Origin: Eledone cirrhosa
Lineage: Eukaryota
Assembly: GCA_964016885.1 (NCBI GenBank)
Contig: OZ024746.1
Span: forward strand, 97,216,001-97,280,000
Reading direction: 5' to 3'
DNA length: 64,000 nt
Positions 1 through 12,321 of this stretch are shown in pieces (the first letter of the stretch is position 1; each line of letters starts with the position of its first letter). The translations under genes were made by a program, and so were the position numbers. The notes beneath the pieces were generated by a model. It was given only the letters and a program-made list of their open reading frames with translations. It was not told where the DNA came from and searched no databases.

Positions 1-85
1 ATAAAAAGGTTTAAATACACATTTTGTTATATCTTGATCAGTATTGGTGCAATGAATTATGTAGTAAATCACTTTGAATGAAGAT

Positions 86-560
86 TAGCTTCAATCTATG
101 TACCTAGTAACAGTAGGTACCTCAATAGTACCATAGCTTCAATCTATGTACCTAGTAACAGTAGGTACCTCAATAGTACCATAGCTTCAATCTATGTACC
201 TAGTAACAGTAGGTACCTCAATAGTACCATAGCTTCAATCTATGTACCTAGTAACAGTAGGTACCTCAATAGTACCATAGGTTCAATCTATGTACCTAGT
301 AACAGTAGGTACCTCAATAGTACCATAGCTTCAATCTATGTACCTAGTAACAGTAGGTACCTCAATATAACAATAGCTTCAATCTATGTACCTAGTAACA
401 ATAGGTACCTCAATAGTACCATAGCTTCAATCTATGTACCTAGTAACAGTAGGTACCTCAATAGTACCATAGCTTGTACCTATGTACCTAGTAACAGCAG
501 GTACCTCAATAGTACCATAGGTTCTACCTATATACCTAGTAACAGCAGGTACCTCAATAC
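86..560. repeat. 48-bp minisatellite, about 10 copies
   Basis: Unit tagcttcaatctatgtacctagtaacagtaggtacctcaatagtacca starts at 86, 134, 182 and so on; the last units are more diverged. Confidence 0.97.
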
Positions 561-1284
561 CTTGCTTTTAATTTTAAAGTGTTTAGATATAGAAAGCAAG
601 ATAGATAACAGATGGCTGGTCAAAACAAATAATGATTTCTAAGTTAAGCACAAGGCAAGCAAATTAGTGGGAGGGAAACGTTGGTTAAATCAATCATAGT
701 ACTTGGCAGGGGCTTTATTTTATCGACACAAGGAATTTGAAAGGGAAAGTTGACCTTGGTGGGATTTGAACTCAAAATGTAAAATGATGGAAACAAATAA
801 TACAAAAGAATATCAGGAAAAACAGCTAAATACATACTTATATGCATACATAAAATATGGCTATTTTATCTAAAATTGCAGGGATAGAATATCTGTAATA
901 TAAAGATATATAAATTATATCTCTCCCTAACTTTATGTTCTCATTCATACCCATAATTATGTGTGAATAAAGCTGGCATGAACAGAAGAATATATTTATT
1001 TTCTTTGTTGTTTTACACACTCCATAACAATATGCAGAATATTATACAATAAGAGAAATATATATACTTTGCTGATAACAGTTGCTTCAATAAGCACTGC
1101 TTTCTTCTCAGACTTTAACTCTTGTTATATAAAAAGATTTTATATTGTTCAGCAGTGATTCTTAATTTATGAAGCTATATGTTTAACTATTCCTACTTGG
1201 TCATACATGTATATCATCATCATCATATATATATATATATATATATGTGTGTATATATATATATATACACACATATATATATAT

Positions 1285-1391
<107 letters not shown>

Positions 1392-1926
1392 ACTCATATA
1401 TATATATATAATACGCATACACATATATATATAATAAACATACTCATAAACCAATATATAAATATATAACCATATTCATGAGAGAGTCTCTATATGACAG
1501 TCTGAATATATAGCCATATAGGAAAACTATATAAGATTTTGTATATATAACCATACTTAATGAAGGAGTTAGTATGTGGCTGCTCAATTCACTAGAAATA
1601 GTAGTCAAATCTCTTAAATCACATCCTAACACGTTAGGAAACGACAGGAGCTGATCATCAGATAAAACAAAGGAAACAATGTTTCCATTGGTCTTTCCAT
1701 TGCTGATAGTATCTGCTGGTTGCAATTGCTGGCTGGAGGAGGAGGAGGAGGCAGGATTTCAACTCAGAATGAACAAAGCTGGATCTGATAAAGCAAAACA
1801 TCCCATTCCATACTTTAAAAATTCCCCCACCCCACACCCAGGACTAGTTCTATATTTATCAACCATGAAAGTATGAAAGACAAAATTAACTCAGAGTTCA
1901 GTTTACCAGAACAAATACTGAGGTAT

Positions 1927-2153
1927 TTAACCATTTAGCATTCACATTACTCTATATATACTATTATATTTTCATGGTAAAGGCTTTACCTCGCATAATT
2001 ATATCACATAATATCGAATTTATGAGATTTTGAAAGTATTTATTTTGAGAACAATACCTTAACATCAGTTTGAGTGACCAGTTACAGCCAGTTTCAACAG
2101 TAAAAAGTAGAGAATTCTGGTCAGTTTTGGCCGGTTAGAACATTAAAGGGTTA
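1927..2153. mobile_element. TTAA MITE copy
   Basis: ttaaccatttagcatt ... taaagggtta; homologous to 36154-36383. Confidence 0.75.
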
Positions 2154-2228
2154 TTTTGAAACCCTAACAAATTTGCTAATTTGCTGCTATTTTAAAAAAG
2201 AAAAAATATATAGGATAAAGTAGTATGT

Positions 2229-2545
2229 GAAGGCACATGGTGGTTAGAGCGTTGCGCCTGCAATCGAAAGGTTGTGAGTTTGATTCTTGGACTGGGTGAG
2301 CAAGACACTTTATTTCACGTTGCTCCAGTTTACTCAGCTGTAGAAATGAATTGTGATGTCACTGGTGCCCAGCTGTATTAGCCATAGCCTTTCCCTTGGC
2401 CAACATTGGTGGCATGGAAAGGGGAGACTGGTATACACAGACAACTGGTGGTCTTCCTTAAACAACTTTGCCCGGACTTGTGCCTTGGAGGAGAACTTTC
2501 TAGGTACAAATCACATAGTCATTTGTGACCGAAGGGGGTCTTTCA
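2229..2545 (+). mobile_element. SINE sharing the family-A head with a different 3' half
   Basis: Same head and central domain, then aacaactttgcccggacttgtgcc...tgtgaccgaagggggtc. Second copy at 55335-55615 (-). Confidence 0.8.
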
Positions 2546-2947
2546 GTATGAGATATTTCTGAAATTATGTCAATGGTACATGTGTCTGAAGAATACTCAA
2601 CCACTTAGACATGAATTCATAAGTAAGGCCCTCAGTTGACTGAAAGACAGAATTCTCATCATGAAAACCAATGAAGGGTCTGCCTACCCATACTAGCAGG
2701 TAGATAACTACATAGAATCATGTTTTATTATAGTAGAGTGTCTTTAGTTACCAATCCGGCCAAAACTGACTCTGGTTCTATAAAATACCCCCCCCCCCCA
2801 CATTTTAAAGGTTTCCAATTTAAATTAAAATCTGCCAACATAATTTTATATAAGAACCTTAGATTAAGTTACTATCTTAGTAATGAAATAATTAATAATT
2901 TTAGTAAATCCATAAATATTCTTCATTAATACATTAAAAGAGGTTGT

Positions 2948-2982
<35 letters not shown>

Positions 2983-3329
2983 TTTATGTCCGCTTTTCCC
3001 TGCTTGCAAGGGTGGGATGGGAACTGATTCTGGCTTGATTTCTACAGCTGGATGCCCTTCCTAACACCAACCTCATTTACAGTGAGTGCTGGGTGCTTTT
3101 TTTCTGTGGCGCCTACACGTCCACTTTAGTGTGGGCTGGGTGCTTTTTTGCCGTGGCACCTCCACGACCACTTTGCAGTGGAATGATAGGGACCCCAGCT
3201 GAGTAAACTGGAGCAATGTGAAATAAAGTGTCTTGCTCAAGGAAACAACACATCACCCGGTCTGAGAATTGAACTCACAACCTTTCAATTGCAAGCCCAA
3301 TGCTCGAACCACAAAGCCATGTGCCTTCA
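2948..3329 (-). mobile_element. SINE family A
   Basis: Reverse complement of the reference copy, with an internal subrepeat. Confidence 0.9.
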
Positions 3330-4332
3330 TTGTATATAATTAGAAATAGGGTCATGAAAGGTTTAAGAGCTGTATACCTCAAAGGAAGCTATAATCAAGG
3401 AGTCATATGAAGGGCTGGATAAGTGTAAGCTTTCTGTTATTTCTACCTGGTTGTGTAATCATATAAACATACCCAATTTTCCACGATGGCATACATGAAT
3501 ATGCAAGTGAGGTGAATATGCAAGTGAGGTGAATATGCTTTGCTGAGGAGATCTAACAAAATAAAACCATATTTGCTGCTTTCACTAGTTCCTTTAATAT
3601 ATTTGATACCAAACTACTTTAGTTTTACAGTATAAAATTGATTGTTTTAAGGCATATATCTAAAAATCTTCCATAATAATTGTTAATGTTCTAAACACCA
3701 GCTTAATAAAGAGAAAGTTATTTTATTAAATCCATTTAAATTGTTTATTATCTTTAGAATTATTTGAAAACCTTAGGCAATGTTTTTCATTATAAATATA
3801 ACAAAATTGTTAAAGACAAGATCTAACAGCATAGTTTTTCAATATAATTATCTTATCATCATCATCATCATTTCAGGGTCATGTCACACTTTTAAACCCA
3901 TTTTCAGCATGATTTCTATGGCTGGGTGACCTTCTTAACACCAATCACTTTGTATTGGGAATATTTTATTGTAACACCATCGCTTAAGTGCTTATGTCCT
4001 CAGCACAATTAAAGGTTTCAGCAGCCCTCACATTGTTCCTATCATAGCATCAATACTTACTTACACTATTCAACATTGAATCTATACATTCAAGCAACAT
4101 GAACATTCCCTACATTTGGATTCATCATCATCATCATCATCATCGCTGTTTAATGTCCATTTTCCATGCTTGCATGGGTTAGATGGGTCACCCATGTCAT
4201 GAGACAAGTCTGGCCTGATTGGCTGCGGATTACCTTGTTCAGATGGAACTTGGCCAGGATCTTTACAGCTGGATGCCCTTCCTAACCCCAACCACATTTA
4301 CAGAGTGGATTAGCTGATATTATTAGATATCA

Positions 4333-4518
4333 TTGGCAGTATCGGTAGAGAGTCGGACGCCATGCTTTGACGCATAGAGTTACGGCCCTTGCCATTCTGA
4401 GTTCAAATCCCGCTGAGGTTAACTTTGCCTTTCATCCTTACGGGGTCGATAAAATAAAGTACCAGTAATGCACTGGGTAATTGCTGGCCTTGTGCCAAAA
4501 ATAGAAACAATTATTAGA
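4333..4518 (+). mobile_element. SINE family B
   Basis: Homologous to the reference copy. Confidence 0.85.
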
Positions 4519-4762
4519 TATCACCATTGCTTACTGCATTTACATGTAGATTTTAACCAGTCTTCCTGTTTTCTAATTTCAAAGTGAACCCCAGTTAAAT
4601 GAGAGTTTTCACTTCACTACATTACACATGCAAGACTCTACAGTATGTCTATTTAGTATGAAAGATGCTCCCCTGAGAAACTTTTGGCCAATTACTATCA
4701 ATATTTTCCAACACACTGTATTTTCATACATGCAAACACACATAAGGAGAGAAGAGAGAGAG

Positions 4763-4795
<33 letters not shown>

Positions 4796-5253
4796 GGGGT
4801 AACAGATTATTGTTATAGGTAGTCCACTTAAGTGTAGTCCAGTTATGGTACTCCGGGTAGTGGATGATATCAACGCTTGGCTAAGTTTGACTCAACAAGG
4901 TGTTTCCATATATATATATATATAGTGACGAAACATAAGTCAATTGCATGATTGTCACAAAAAGCATTCCTGGTCAGATATATATTATTATTACTATATA
5001 TATATAGTAATAATAATAAATTTGAAGACTAAAATCCAAAGAGGGCTCGATAAGGATAAATATATATCAAATATATAAGAATCATAGAGCAAATATTTAT
5101 TAAAAGCAGATTTTCCTATATATATATAATTGGTGTTGGATGCTTAAAATGTCCGTATGCGGTAGGCCGTATGAGCACTCAATGCTCTCATAGAGCAGAG
5201 TATGATATGACAGAAAAAAAGAGAATCAGTGTTGCGACGAATGGAATTTATTG

Positions 5254-5349
5254 GACATATTACAATCGTTCCTCTGGCAACCAGCTCATGGCATGATCGA
5301 TGTGATGATCGAACCTGACTCTGAAAATCGCAAAGTCCTCAGATACGTC
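5254..5349 (-). ncRNA. Type-I hammerhead ribozyme motif with long stem II, probably inactivated
   Basis: Minus strand: GACGTAT-CTGAGGA-CTTTG...CAGAG-GAAC-GATT-GTA-ATATGTC, then cAATAAA. Stem I is 7 bp; GAAA is reduced to GAA. Confidence 0.6.
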
Positions 5350-5433
5350 TTGATTCTACGAAGCAGATTTTCCTATATATATATAAATTGTATATATATT
5401 CATATATTATTATACATACACATACATACACAT

Positions 5434-5472
<39 letters not shown>

Positions 5473-6149
5473 GCATACACATACACTCACACAGTGTGGC
5501 CACACACACAGTGTGGCCTCAGCCGGATGGCCGGAACAGGTAAAACAGTAAAAAAATATATATATATATATATATTATACATACACAAACATACACCTAT
5601 GCAAGCACACACAAATATATATATATGTATATATATATACATTACACACTCACATATTTACATGCATGCACACACATACAGGCATGCACACACATATACA
5701 CACACACTAACACATACCACACACATTCATGCATATGATAACAGCAATTGTCATTATTGAGCAGAAGGCTTCATAAATCTATAGTTAAGCTGTGGATTTA
5801 CTGCCTTGAAGTAGATGAGAGATAAATGTTTAGTTGAATGTCACTTCCTTCCATCAATATTCGGAGAAGATCTCTTCCTTATTTACAACAACTAGCCACA
5901 CAGAATTAAGTGAACAGCTTTCAACACAATCAAATATTTGCAGCTATTTTGAACTTAAGATCCAAGAAGTAGTTTTCCAATACTTTTATTAACTTCCCTT
6001 GAAGGCTAAAATCCCCCCCCCCCCACACACAGAGTATATGTATCAGTGTATATGTATATATATATATGTGTGTGTGTATGTGTATGTATATATATATGTA
6101 TATGTGCATTTATTATTACTATCCCTCTCTCTATCTCCCTCACTCTCTA

Positions 6150-6201
<52 letters not shown>

Positions 6202-6415
6202 TATATATATCTATATATATAAAAACATTTATATGTATATATATGTATATATACATACATATATATATATACACACACACATATATATATATATATTTAT
6301 CTCTATATATAAACACATTTATATGTACATATGTATATATATATACAAACACACACATATATATATATATATATAAATCTATATATATAAAAACATTTAT
6401 AAATATATATGTATA

Positions 6416-6493
<78 letters not shown>

Positions 6494-6621
6494 CGGTTGC
6501 CAACACTTTGAGGGTGGCTGGCTGTGAAGCTAGTTAGTCAGCCGCTCTCTCTGTCTCTGGTTTCTCGGACTCATGGCTTTTCGGACCCATGGCTTTTTAC
6601 ATATTCCTTTGTTATATTCCA

Positions 6622-6679
6622 ATACCTGATGATATCACCGGATTCATATGGAACCCGGCCATTGAAATGATCATAGTAT
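6622..6679 (+). ncRNA. Type-I hammerhead ribozyme motif in a TA-flanked island (6490-6730)
   Basis: ATAC-CTGATGA-(imperfect ccggattc/gaacccgg stem II)-GAAA-T-GATC-A-TA-GTAT, followed directly by AATAAA. Loop 3 is the palindrome GATC. Confidence 0.7.
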
Positions 6680-7483
6680 AATAAACCTTTCAAGGATTTA
6701 CACCAGTCCAGCCTCCTGTTACTTCATTTATATATATCTATATATATATATATATACACACACACATATATATCTATATCTATAAAGAAATTTATATGTA
6801 TATATATGTATATATATATGATGACTGTCTACTTGTGTCCAAGAAAAACCATTACTGAATATTGAAATGAATTGTGGTTTTGAGAGTGGCTTTTTAAGTT
6901 GGCCAGATTTATACTTATATCACATTCTCTTTCAATCTCTTTATTTTTATACTTTTATTTGGGAGAATTCGATATATAATGGTATGTAGATTTGGGAGGA
7001 TTTAACTAACAACTAAAAGGACATACATTTAGTTCTGTATGACTATAGCACTAACCTTTCCCTTACGATATCCACTATAATATTTGTTATAAATTTACAA
7101 ATAATGCATGTGTTTTTTATAATGATTATCATCTAAAGAGACAGTATTCTAATTTTTACACCAAACTAAAATTGAAATTTTCTACTTTGATGTTAATTAT
7201 TTTCCTAAACAACACTAAATAATTAGCATAGTTTATAAATTATGTGATCTATTCATGCATAAATGTCTAATTTTCTGTGCATATTCGAATGCATGTGTGT
7301 GTGTGTGTGTGTGTGTGTGGTGTGAGCTAGACTCTGAGAGGTCTAGTTGATCTATTGAAGTTTGTACTCCAGCAGCTATTATTTAGGATTATTTTATATT
7401 CACATACACATACATACATATATATATATACATATATATACATATATATACATATATATATACATACATACATATATATATAT

Positions 7484-7820
7484 ATCATCATCATCATTTT
7501 ACGTCCGCTTTTCCCTGCTTGCAAGGGTGGGACGGGATCTGATTCTGGCTTGATTTCTACAACTGGATGCCCTTCCTAACACCAACCTCATTTACAGTGA
7601 GTGCTGGGTGCTTTTTTGCCGTGGCACCTCCACGACCACTTTGCAGTGGAATGATAGGGACTGACCCTAGTCCCTATCATCTCATTTCTACAGCTGAGTA
7701 AACTGGAGCACTGTGAAATAAAGTGTCTTGCTCAAGGAAACACATCACCTGGTCTGAGAATTGAACTCACAACCTTTCGATTGCAAGGTTAATGCTCTAA
7801 CCACTAAACCATGTGCCTCC

Positions 7821-7821
<1 letters not shown>
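7484..7821 (-). mobile_element. SINE family A
   Basis: Reverse complement of the reference copy, flanked by microsatellites. Confidence 0.9.
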
Positions 7822-7855
<34 letters not shown>

Positions 7856-9300
7856 TGTATGTATGTATGTATGAATGTAAGTATGTATGTATGTATGTAT
7901 GTATGTATGTATGTATGTATGAATGTATGTCTTTTCAGTGGAGTCAAATGAAATATTCACTTTTAGATTGATTAGATTAGATCTGTAACAATACTATTCC
8001 TTAAAAAACAAATTCAAATAATTGCCAATCATACATTTGGTTTAATGGCCTATCATGTGATAAGACAACAATCTATATAAATTATAAGCTAAACTTCTGG
8101 AACATATTACACACGTTGACAATATCACAGATGAATAGTATATAATCATATATATATTTATATATATGTAGATAGATAGATAGATAGACAGATGGGTAGA
8201 TAGAGAGATATTCAAGAAAAGTAGGGAGATGAACGACTTGAAATGAAACCTTAGACAACATTGGGATCAGTATAAAAAATATTTCTTTCACATTTATAAT
8301 ATTAAAAAAACTTCCCAATGCAACAAGCCTGATATGAAATCAGAAAGAATCAATGCCCAGCATGTGATTAAGGGAGAACTAGATAGCTTTGCTATTAACA
8401 GACTTTCACTGATCTATGGTCATTTTATGAGTTGAAATCATAAAGAAGCAACAGTAGCATATATTTTAAACTCTACTAAGTTTATCAATGATGTCCATAA
8501 TGTAGGATTTATTAGTTGACTTCTCAAACAAATAAGGGATAACAGAAAAAAAAAATAGTAATAAATACTTTTGACATTTTCTGTATGCTTTGAAATATTA
8601 TGTGGAATTTTAATGTTTCATATTTATTCAGAATTACATTTATTACATTTGTTTAGAGAGAAACACAAATATATCTTAATATATCTTATATAATATTTCA
8701 TGATTTATTTAACTTGCTTACCTTTAGTTTATCTGCACTCCACAGGTAAGTAGTACTATTAAAATTGGCATGCCTTAAGTATATCTAAACAATGAATTTG
8801 TTTATAGAATATTTCTCTTAATTTTTATAATCCATTTCATTTAATTGATAATTTATAATAAAGGTTTTTAAATTCTAGTTTAGTTTAGTTTCCCCTTTGA
8901 AGAAAGACATTTCAGTCAATTCAAGAGTTGAAAGAAGAAAAGAAAATGAGTCAACAAACTGGAGGAATTTCTTCCAAGAAGCCGACAGAATGGTTTCCGA
9001 ATTATTGCCAGAGAATCTAATAATGTTTCTAAACCATAGTTAGAAAGCTGTTGGGTTTGGAAAAAAGGTTGAGAAGAAATATTTCAAATGAATCAAAATA
9101 GAAACATTCTATGATTCCTTTCTGTAATCTGGAAGAATTTAATTATTTAAGAATTCCTTTTTCATAAACAAAGTCATCAGATAAGACATTAAAAACTTGC
9201 TTCTTTCTATACATAAGCTACAAAACTTTTCTTCCTCAAATATCTTATATTATAGGTATAGAGATTTATTTAACAATAAGATATAAATGATATTGCTCAC

Positions 9301-9516
9301 GATTATCACAGCTCCCCCGATGGTAAACTTTGATGTCACGCTGACTCCTGCATGCTTCCGTCCTCAGATAGCAATCATTGCTATATGTGATCCCATCAGT
9401 ACCACAAACAGTTGCGATTTCTGGTGAGCACATCAGGTTACAACGGCAGACTGGCTTTCGTTTTTCATCCAACAAACAGACTGTTAGCTCAGAACAAATG
9501 AACCCATCACAAGGAT
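9301..9516 (-). CDS. AGRN: Internal coding exon encoding one follistatin-N/Kazal (FS) domain, agrin-like
   Basis: Translation (D)PCDGFICSELTVCLLDEKRKPVCRCNLMCSPEIATVCGTDGITYSNDCYLRTEACRSQRDIKVYHRGSCDN has the 10-Cys FS pattern and the Kazal motif VCGxDGxTYxNxC. Acceptor ttttatttcctacag, donor gtgagc. 216 nt, symmetric phase 1-1. Exon is secure; the agrin assignment is from recalled similarity to invertebrate agrin FS repeats. Confidence 0.8.
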
Positions 9517-9630
9517 CTGTAGGAAATAAAAACACATAGATATATTTAGATATATTTAGAAGAAATATATCATAGAAAAGAATTTCATATATATATAGAT
9601 ATATATATATTTATTAAAATAACAGATTAA

Positions 9631-9681
9631 AGTTTAAGCAAAGAATCGCTGCTTTCACTCTTAACGGGATCTTCTGAAACT
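9631..9681 (-). ncRNA. Hammerhead-like motif with non-canonical CAGAAGA core
   Basis: Minus strand: AGTTT-CAGAAGA-TCCCGTTAAGAGT-GAAA-GCA-GCGATTCTT-TGC-TT-AAACT. Stems I and III pair. Related copies at 25596-25640 and 54019-54120. Confidence 0.5.
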
Positions 9682-9803
9682 AAAGAAAATCAATCTGTGA
9701 ACGCAGAAGTAAATATTTCAAAAAACGTTGCAACTTTGGTTCATGGAAACGTTCCCTGGCAAAGAATGGATAAAGACAAAGATAATATGTCATAATTTGG
9801 AGC

Positions 9804-9841
<38 letters not shown>

Positions 9842-9871
9842 TTTTTTATTTATCTTCTATTTTTAAATCAA

Positions 9872-9904
9872 TCCTCTGATGAATGACTAGTGTCCGAAAC
9901 GTTA
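9872..9904 (+). ncRNA. Minimal hammerhead motif (GGAC/GTCC family)
   Basis: CTGATGA-atGACtagtGTCC-GAAAC-GTTA. Stem I partner is decayed. Confidence 0.55.
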
Positions 9905-10220
9905 TTTCAAGTGTTAAATTAATATATGTGTTCTATGTACTGCGTCCTTTGTATTTATATTTTTAGAAATAAATTTTAAAAGTTTCCCCTTAAAAAATTG
10001 TTTTTCATTCATTGTCTTGTCCTCTCTCTGGTCATTTTCATAAGTTTATATATATGTATATATAAATATATATATATTTATATATATATATGTATATACA
10101 TATATGTATATGTGTGTGTGTGTGAGTGTGTGTATGTAAAACGTAAACAGAAACAAAAAAGCTAATAACACTGTACATTGAAGAAATAACTTTGTTTAAT
10201 ACTTGAAATAGTAGGAAAAG

Positions 10221-10256
10221 TCTTAACGTTTTGGACATTAGTCCTTCATCAGAAGA
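10221..10256 (-). ncRNA. Minimal hammerhead motif (GGAC/GTCC family), G12 mutated
   Basis: Minus strand: TCTT-CTGATGA-aGGAC-taat-GTCC-AAAAC-GTT-AAGA. Confidence 0.55.
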
Positions 10257-10396
10257 TAGAGTTAAAAATAGAAGAAAAATAAAAAGATAAAGAGTGAGAA
10301 CAGGGATAAAATGAGAAAAAAGGGAAGAAAAACACAGGTGCATAATATATATACAGAAAAATATAATATAGTTGTCACAAAACAGATACTTTAAAG

Positions 10397-10688
10397 TAGA
10401 GGTTCTCAAAGTGGGCAGTACTGCCACCGGGGGTGGTGGGGACAGTTGAGATGATATAATAGTATATTAAATATTAAATGATACATATTATATATAAATA
10501 TAATAAAATAAATAATTTATAATATTTTTTTATATATAGTATATATTATATTTTTATTATATATAAATTATATATTATTTACAATTTGTGTATAGGCAGG
10601 TCTCTGGAAATAGGGTTGGGGTGGGGGCACTGAGGATATTATGTGACCTTAAGGTGGAGTAGTGGCCCCAAATGTTTGAGAAACACTG
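10397..10688. mobile_element. hAT-type MITE
   Basis: Termini tagaggttctcaaa / tttgagaaacactg with a perfect 8-bp TSD CTTTAAAG (10389-10396, 10689-10696). Confidence 0.85.
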
Positions 10689-10974
10689 CTTTAAAGGTTG
10701 CAAACATTGTCTGATACAGACCTCTAGATATATAAAAGAAAGAAATGATATACTTTATGTTAATAAGTGGTAGTTACATGCAATGTAAACTGTGACTGAT
10801 CACAATGTGGTTGAAATAAAAAATGAAGTTTTTTAAAACAGTATTTGATTTTCTTCTGCCATCTACATGTCTTACTCTCTACAACCTTCTTAGTATGCTG
10901 GGCCATTTATCTTCTCACCTCCCACATTCTGATAAATACATTTTTTTTCATTCTTCAATCTTTTATCCTCTTCC

Positions 10975-11015
10975 TTTTTCCTGATGAAGGACAAACGTCC
11001 AATATGATGAGACAT
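10975..11015 (+). ncRNA. Decayed hammerhead motif (GGAC/GTCC family)
   Basis: CTGATGA-aGGAC-aaac-GTCC is retained; the GAAAC box is degenerate. Confidence 0.35.
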
Positions 11016-11100
11016 TCCTTTCCTTTTCCAACAAGTGTGAAACTAATAAGTCTTTGTGTAATTGTATCTCTGTCTTTGTTTCTTTTTTTTAAATCTTCAA

Positions 11101-11148
<48 letters not shown>

Positions 11149-11643
11149 AACGAGTAGGACCCCGACGGCTGAGCTCAAGCCGTTCGACGGCTAAGCTAAT
11201 TCTGGACTATATATATATATATATATACATCATCATCATTGTCATTTAACATCCATTTTTAATGCTTGCATGGGTTGGATGGGTTGTACTATTTTGTGCA
11301 CATAGTACAACGTAGTGCCAGGGGTCTAGATCATGTTTCTTCTTTGTGAGGTTAATTGGGAAAGCTCAGCTCTTATCACTTCATCTCATATATATATATA
11401 ATAATTAATAATTTTATATATATATATAAAATTATTAATTCGAGTGTGAGTTAATCACTGACACTTCAGTATGCAGGGTAGAGTACTGTTTACTCTGGAG
11501 TATATTTATAAAAACGAAGTATAAGTCAACAGGTTAAAATTAACTTTGTTTACTCATAGTTGCTGTTATATATATTTTGCTTATATATATATTTATATAT
11601 ACCAACCTACACCACACTAATATATATATATATATATATATAA

Positions 11644-11682
<39 letters not shown>

Positions 11683-11844
11683 TAAGTTTGAAGAATAGTC
11701 AGACAAAATTTATCCAATTTTTTTCTTCTTAGTCCGTAGAAATTAACTAGATAAGAAATCATTTAAATGGAGTTAAGTTTAAAATGTAACTTTGAAGAAA
11801 TAACAGATAAATGTTATCGATATTCCTTTATGAAGAACATTTTT

Positions 11845-12181
11845 CATCATCATTTCATTTTTATGTCCGCTTTTTCCCTGCTTGCAAGGGTGGGACAGGA
11901 ACTGATGCTGGCTTGATTTCTACAGCTCGATGCCCTTCCTAACACCAACCTCATTTACAGTGAGTACTGGGTGCTTTTTTGCCATGGAACCTCCACGACC
12001 ACTTTGCAGTGGTATGATATGGACCCCAGTCCCTATCATCTCATTTCTACAGCTGAGTAAACTGGAGCAATGTGAAATAAAGTGTCTTGCTCAAGGAAAC
12101 AACACATCATCCAGTCTGAGAATTGAACTCACAACCTTTCGATTGCAAGCCCAATGCTCTAACCTCTAAGCCATATGCCTC
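11845..12181 (-). mobile_element. SINE family A
   Basis: Reverse complement of the reference copy. Confidence 0.9.
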
Positions 12182-12321
12182 AGTCAGATAAAATCTACCT
12201 AATCTTTCCTCTTAGTCCGTAGAAATTAACTAGACAAATAATCAATTAAATGAAACTAAGTGTAAAATGTAAGTTTGAAGAAAAAGATAAATAAACATTA
12301 CCAAATATATATATTTTCATT

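Noticed and set aside
86-560. Possible CRISPR array
   Set aside because: Head-to-tail repeats with no unique spacers, no cas genes and a eukaryotic context.
5020-5070. TGAAGA-ctaaaatcc block (also 54236-54290) as a hammerhead 5' half
   Set aside because: A repeated TA-bounded block, but C3 is missing in both copies and no GAAA half follows.
8715-8755. Possible micro-exon near donor-like sites (minus ggtaagc, plus caggtaagt)
   Set aside because: No convincing polypyrimidine acceptor or frame-preserving length; cannot be supported without RNA data.
9266-9535. Stand-alone 89-aa Kazal inhibitor gene as given in the ORF track
   Set aside because: No signal peptide; canonical splice sites delimit an internal exon at 9301-9516.
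11437-11475. Hammerhead-like CTGAAGT...cacactc-GAAT on the minus strand
   Set aside because: Both core boxes deviate and stems I and III are absent.
11930-12169. Recurrent [15 protein letters not shown]...LEQCEIKCLAQGNN, seen in many copies
   Set aside because: Antisense reading of SINE family A; not a gene family.
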